Shown here in pieces: positions 17,967 through 20,000 of a stretch of DNA of 20,000 nt. Numbering within the stretch: the stretch's first letter is position 1; every line of letters begins with the position of its first letter. A program made the position numbers and the translations under genes. Under the pieces are notes generated by a model. That model made no database searches, was not told where the DNA came from, and saw only the letters and a list, made by a program, of their open reading frames with translations. This DNA comes from an uncultured virus (IMG/VR IMGVR_UViG_3300031853_000026) (lineage: Duplodnaviria; Heunggongvirae; Uroviricota; Caudoviricetes), in IMG/VR virus record IMGVR_UViG_3300031853_000026; one strand, given 5' to 3'.

Positions 17967-18435
17967 ATGGAAAAGACAGTGACCCCTGTAACCCGCTATT
18001 TAGGTGACGAAGTTGTGCTCAATGTAAAACCAAGCGGTGTTGTGGAACATTCAGTAATTCTTAACTACGACTACCTCAAATTGATCTACCCGAATGATCA
18101 GAAAAAGTATGAGGAAGCTAAGCAAATTATTGAGAAATGCGTCCAAGAAAAATGGAGTGATGAGGAAGTTGTAGAACATTTCCAGAATCTCTTCGCTGAA
18201 AAAGTAGGAGAAATTGTTGGAACTGAACTCGAAAAACCGATAAACTCTTTCAAGGATTTGCCTGAAGAGATGCAAAAAAGACGTACACGAAGCGTGTGAA
18301 AACATCTGGAGGGACATTGCAAGAGCAGTAAATTCCTCTTGGTTGTATGACGTCTTTCTGTTGGCTGGTAAGGAAACACTTCTCATCGGTGATCCCCTCG
18401 TTCCACTGGACCGTAAAAAGCACATTGTTCTCTAA
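17967..18435 (+). CDS. Hypothetical protein interrupted by a +1 frameshift at an A6 run (0-frame ORF ends at 18299)
   Basis: Removing one A at 18274-18279 gives ...MQKDVHEACENIWRDIARAVNSSWLYDVFLLAGKETLLIGDPLVPLDRKKHIVL*, which stops just before the terminator. Confidence 0.65.
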
Positions 18436-18446
18436 TTAAAAATAAT

Positions 18447-18500
18447 AAAAAAAAATAACATATACAATTTCATTTAAGATTTTGTATATGTTATTTTTTT
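18447..18500 (+). terminator. Intrinsic, probably bidirectional, terminator
   Basis: Long inverted repeat A-run-TAACATATACAA / TTGTATATGTTA-T-run. Confidence 0.8.
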
Positions 18501-18601
18501 ACTCCAAAACTCATAAAACTCCGTAAAACAAGATCGAAATTCTAATAGTTGTATTGTCGGTTTTTAGAAAAGTTGTAAAAAAGCACCTTTCAAAAGCCAC
18601 A

Positions 18602-18617
18602 TGTTTCTAATATGTGA
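18602..18617 (+). promoter_or_regulatory. Putative promoter of the tRNA-ncRNA unit
   Basis: TGTTTCTAATATGTGA, with a second copy AAATTCTAATAGTTGT at 18537-18552. Confidence 0.5.
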
Positions 18618-18641
18618 ATGAAAATTCAAAGAAAAATATAT

Positions 18642-18714
<73 letters not shown>

Positions 18715-18719
18715 CAAAT

Positions 18720-19470
18720 AGTCAGCCCTCATGACTGAGTGGTTTTTAATCACTCATGGATAAACTGGGTAACCAGGATAAATGGATGTCTCGCCAAGGA
18801 TGTCCACTACCAGACCATGGGTAGCCATAGAAGGGATCGATGATGAATGCATATACTGGAGCTAGGTTTGAAGGCTCAGTTTTCAAAGCAGTATGTGTAG
18901 CTTCCTGTGATGGGAGTGAGGAGTTAGGGATAATTCCAGATAATCACGATGGTACTTGTACAAGACATAAGCAACCAAGTGCAAGTATTATTGAGTATTG
19001 AGGCTAAGATCTGAAACCCAGCTTAGTACAGATATATTCAAAGAGACAACTGAAGCAAAAGGGAGTCTCAGAGGGTGTCGTAATGGGGTTTCCCCAAAAG
19101 GGAGACAATTACAAAGAGGAGTCACCACATCCTCATTATTGGCGAAGCACGGACTTCATATTCCGTACATATTTACAAAAGTAAAATTATTAAATGCAAA
19201 AGTGTGACTCCACTCTTGCACAAAAGGCAGCTTATCCCTCTGTAATATGGGGGTGATCGGGAGTACCGCAAGAAAACCGATTGAAAAGTAGTTAATTAGC
19301 ATCATGGTAAGGGATGGAACCCTGAATGCTCCCAAGGCAACTAGGTGTGAAAGATGAAATTATGAGTGCTTGAGTAAAAGTTTGGTCTGAACTTATCAGA
19401 TCGCTGCTGAGCTTTACATGTAGAAATATATGTGTGACTGACTGAGGCCAACCTCAGGAAATAAGCTCAT
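18720..19470 (+). ncRNA. Large ornate structured RNA, ROOL-like (GOLLD-class is the alternative)
   Basis: ORF-poor, GC-richer stretch directly 3' of a tRNA, with at least 12 helices whose G-U pairs work on the + strand, GNRA loops and a terminator at the end. Short purine-rich motifs resemble ROOL as I recall it; no search was run. Confidence 0.7.
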
Positions 19471-19471
19471 T

Positions 19472-19503
19472 AACAACCCGATAGTCTCAGGGTTGTTTTT
19501 TTT
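19472..19503 (+). terminator. Intrinsic terminator closing the tRNA-ncRNA transcript
   Basis: Stem AACAACCC/GGGTTGTT followed by a T-run. Confidence 0.75.
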
Positions 19504-19512
19504 GTTCCTCTT

Positions 19513-19528
19513 AAAACCTTATAAATGA
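19513..19528 (+). promoter_or_regulatory. Putative promoter motif AAAACCTTATAAATGA
   Basis: The 15-mer CCTCTTAAAACCTTA (19507-19521) is identical to the minus-strand site at 4033-4047. Confidence 0.65.
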
Positions 19529-19575
19529 ATTACAATTAATTTTTTTTTTATTAACAATTTAAAAACACATAAAAA

Positions 19576-20000
19576 ATGGCAACAAACATTATTCTTTCAA
19601 AAGAACAGCTCCACAAGTGGTTCTCGTATGAGAACCCCGAACTTCAAGGCAAGCTTGATGAATACCCAATTCTCAACGATTCAGCCCCCATCTTCATTGG
19701 TGTAAGGGGATCGGTTGCTCAGGGATTGAACACATCGGACTCCGACACTGACTGGGTGACAATACTCTACAATCCCATGTGGTTGATCTGGCCAGACGCT
19801 GGAGTCGACACAGTAGAGGACGAAGATCGCGACCACCTCTTCTGGAGCATTACAAGGTTCATTCAGCTCCTCGAAAAGGGTGACATCAACGCAGTAGAGA
19901 CGGCTCATATACAAAAGAGCTCCTGCTGGGATGATGCCAAGTGGATCTTCATGAATCCTGAAGCCTTCATTACAAAGAGATTCCTGACATCTGTGTCTGG
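19576..20000 (+). CDS. Pol-beta superfamily nucleotidyltransferase, RlaP/YcgL-like (partial)
   Basis: Hand translation MATNIILSKEQLHKW...GVRGSVAQGLNTSDSDTDW...ITRFIQLLEKGDINAVE shows the GS..GL.T..SDxD signature. Open to the window end. Confidence 0.85.
   Translation, partial: MATNIILSKEQLHKWFSYENPELQGKLDEYPILNDSAPIFIGVRGSVAQGLNTSDSDTDWVTILYNPMWLIWPDAGVDTVEDEDRDHLFWSITRFIQLLEKGDINAVETAHIQKSSCWDDAKWIFMNPEAFITKRFLTSVS

Noticed and set aside
18297..18332. TGA readthrough of ORF 17967-18299
   Set aside because: The same frame stops again about 10 codons later; the +1 frame explains the gap better.
18715..18780. Theta (HDV-like) ribozyme 3' of the tRNA
   Set aside because: I could not build the nested double pseudoknot from this sequence.
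18998..19207. 69 aa ORF inside the ncRNA region
   Set aside because: TTG start, no A-rich leader and atypical composition; the region is better explained by RNA structure.
18720..19470. Group I/II intron, tmRNA or RNase P RNA
   Set aside because: No interrupted exon, group II domain V, tRNA-like tmRNA ends or RNase P conserved-region motifs were recognised.

Overview
AT-rich segment that looks like part of a large (jumbo-type) tailed phage genome. The host is probably Bacteroidota: there are no Shine-Dalgarno sites, leaders are A-rich and a 3D-domain gene is present. The genetic code is standard. Recognisable genes are a probable gp32-like ssDNA-binding protein (partial), a T4 gp52/GyrA-type topoisomerase II A subunit, a nucleoside 2-deoxyribosyltransferase-like protein, a T5orf172/GIY-YIG protein, a 3D-domain cell-wall protein, a PNKP-type 3'-phosphatase with a catalytically degenerate paralog, an initiator tRNA-Met and an RlaP/YcgL-type nucleotidyltransferase (partial). 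The strongest signals are non-coding. (1) A ~780 nt densely base-paired, ROOL-like large RNA sits between the tRNA and the nucleotidyltransferase. (2) A 16-nt promoter-like motif, AAWWYCTWANNNNTGW, precedes most transcription units. (3) Four of these motifs are followed closely by a terminator-like long hairpin before the gene starts. (4) A 3'-UTR stem-loop has a loop that is the exact antisense of a shared translation-start leader. All family assignments come from motif recognition by eye, not from database searches.
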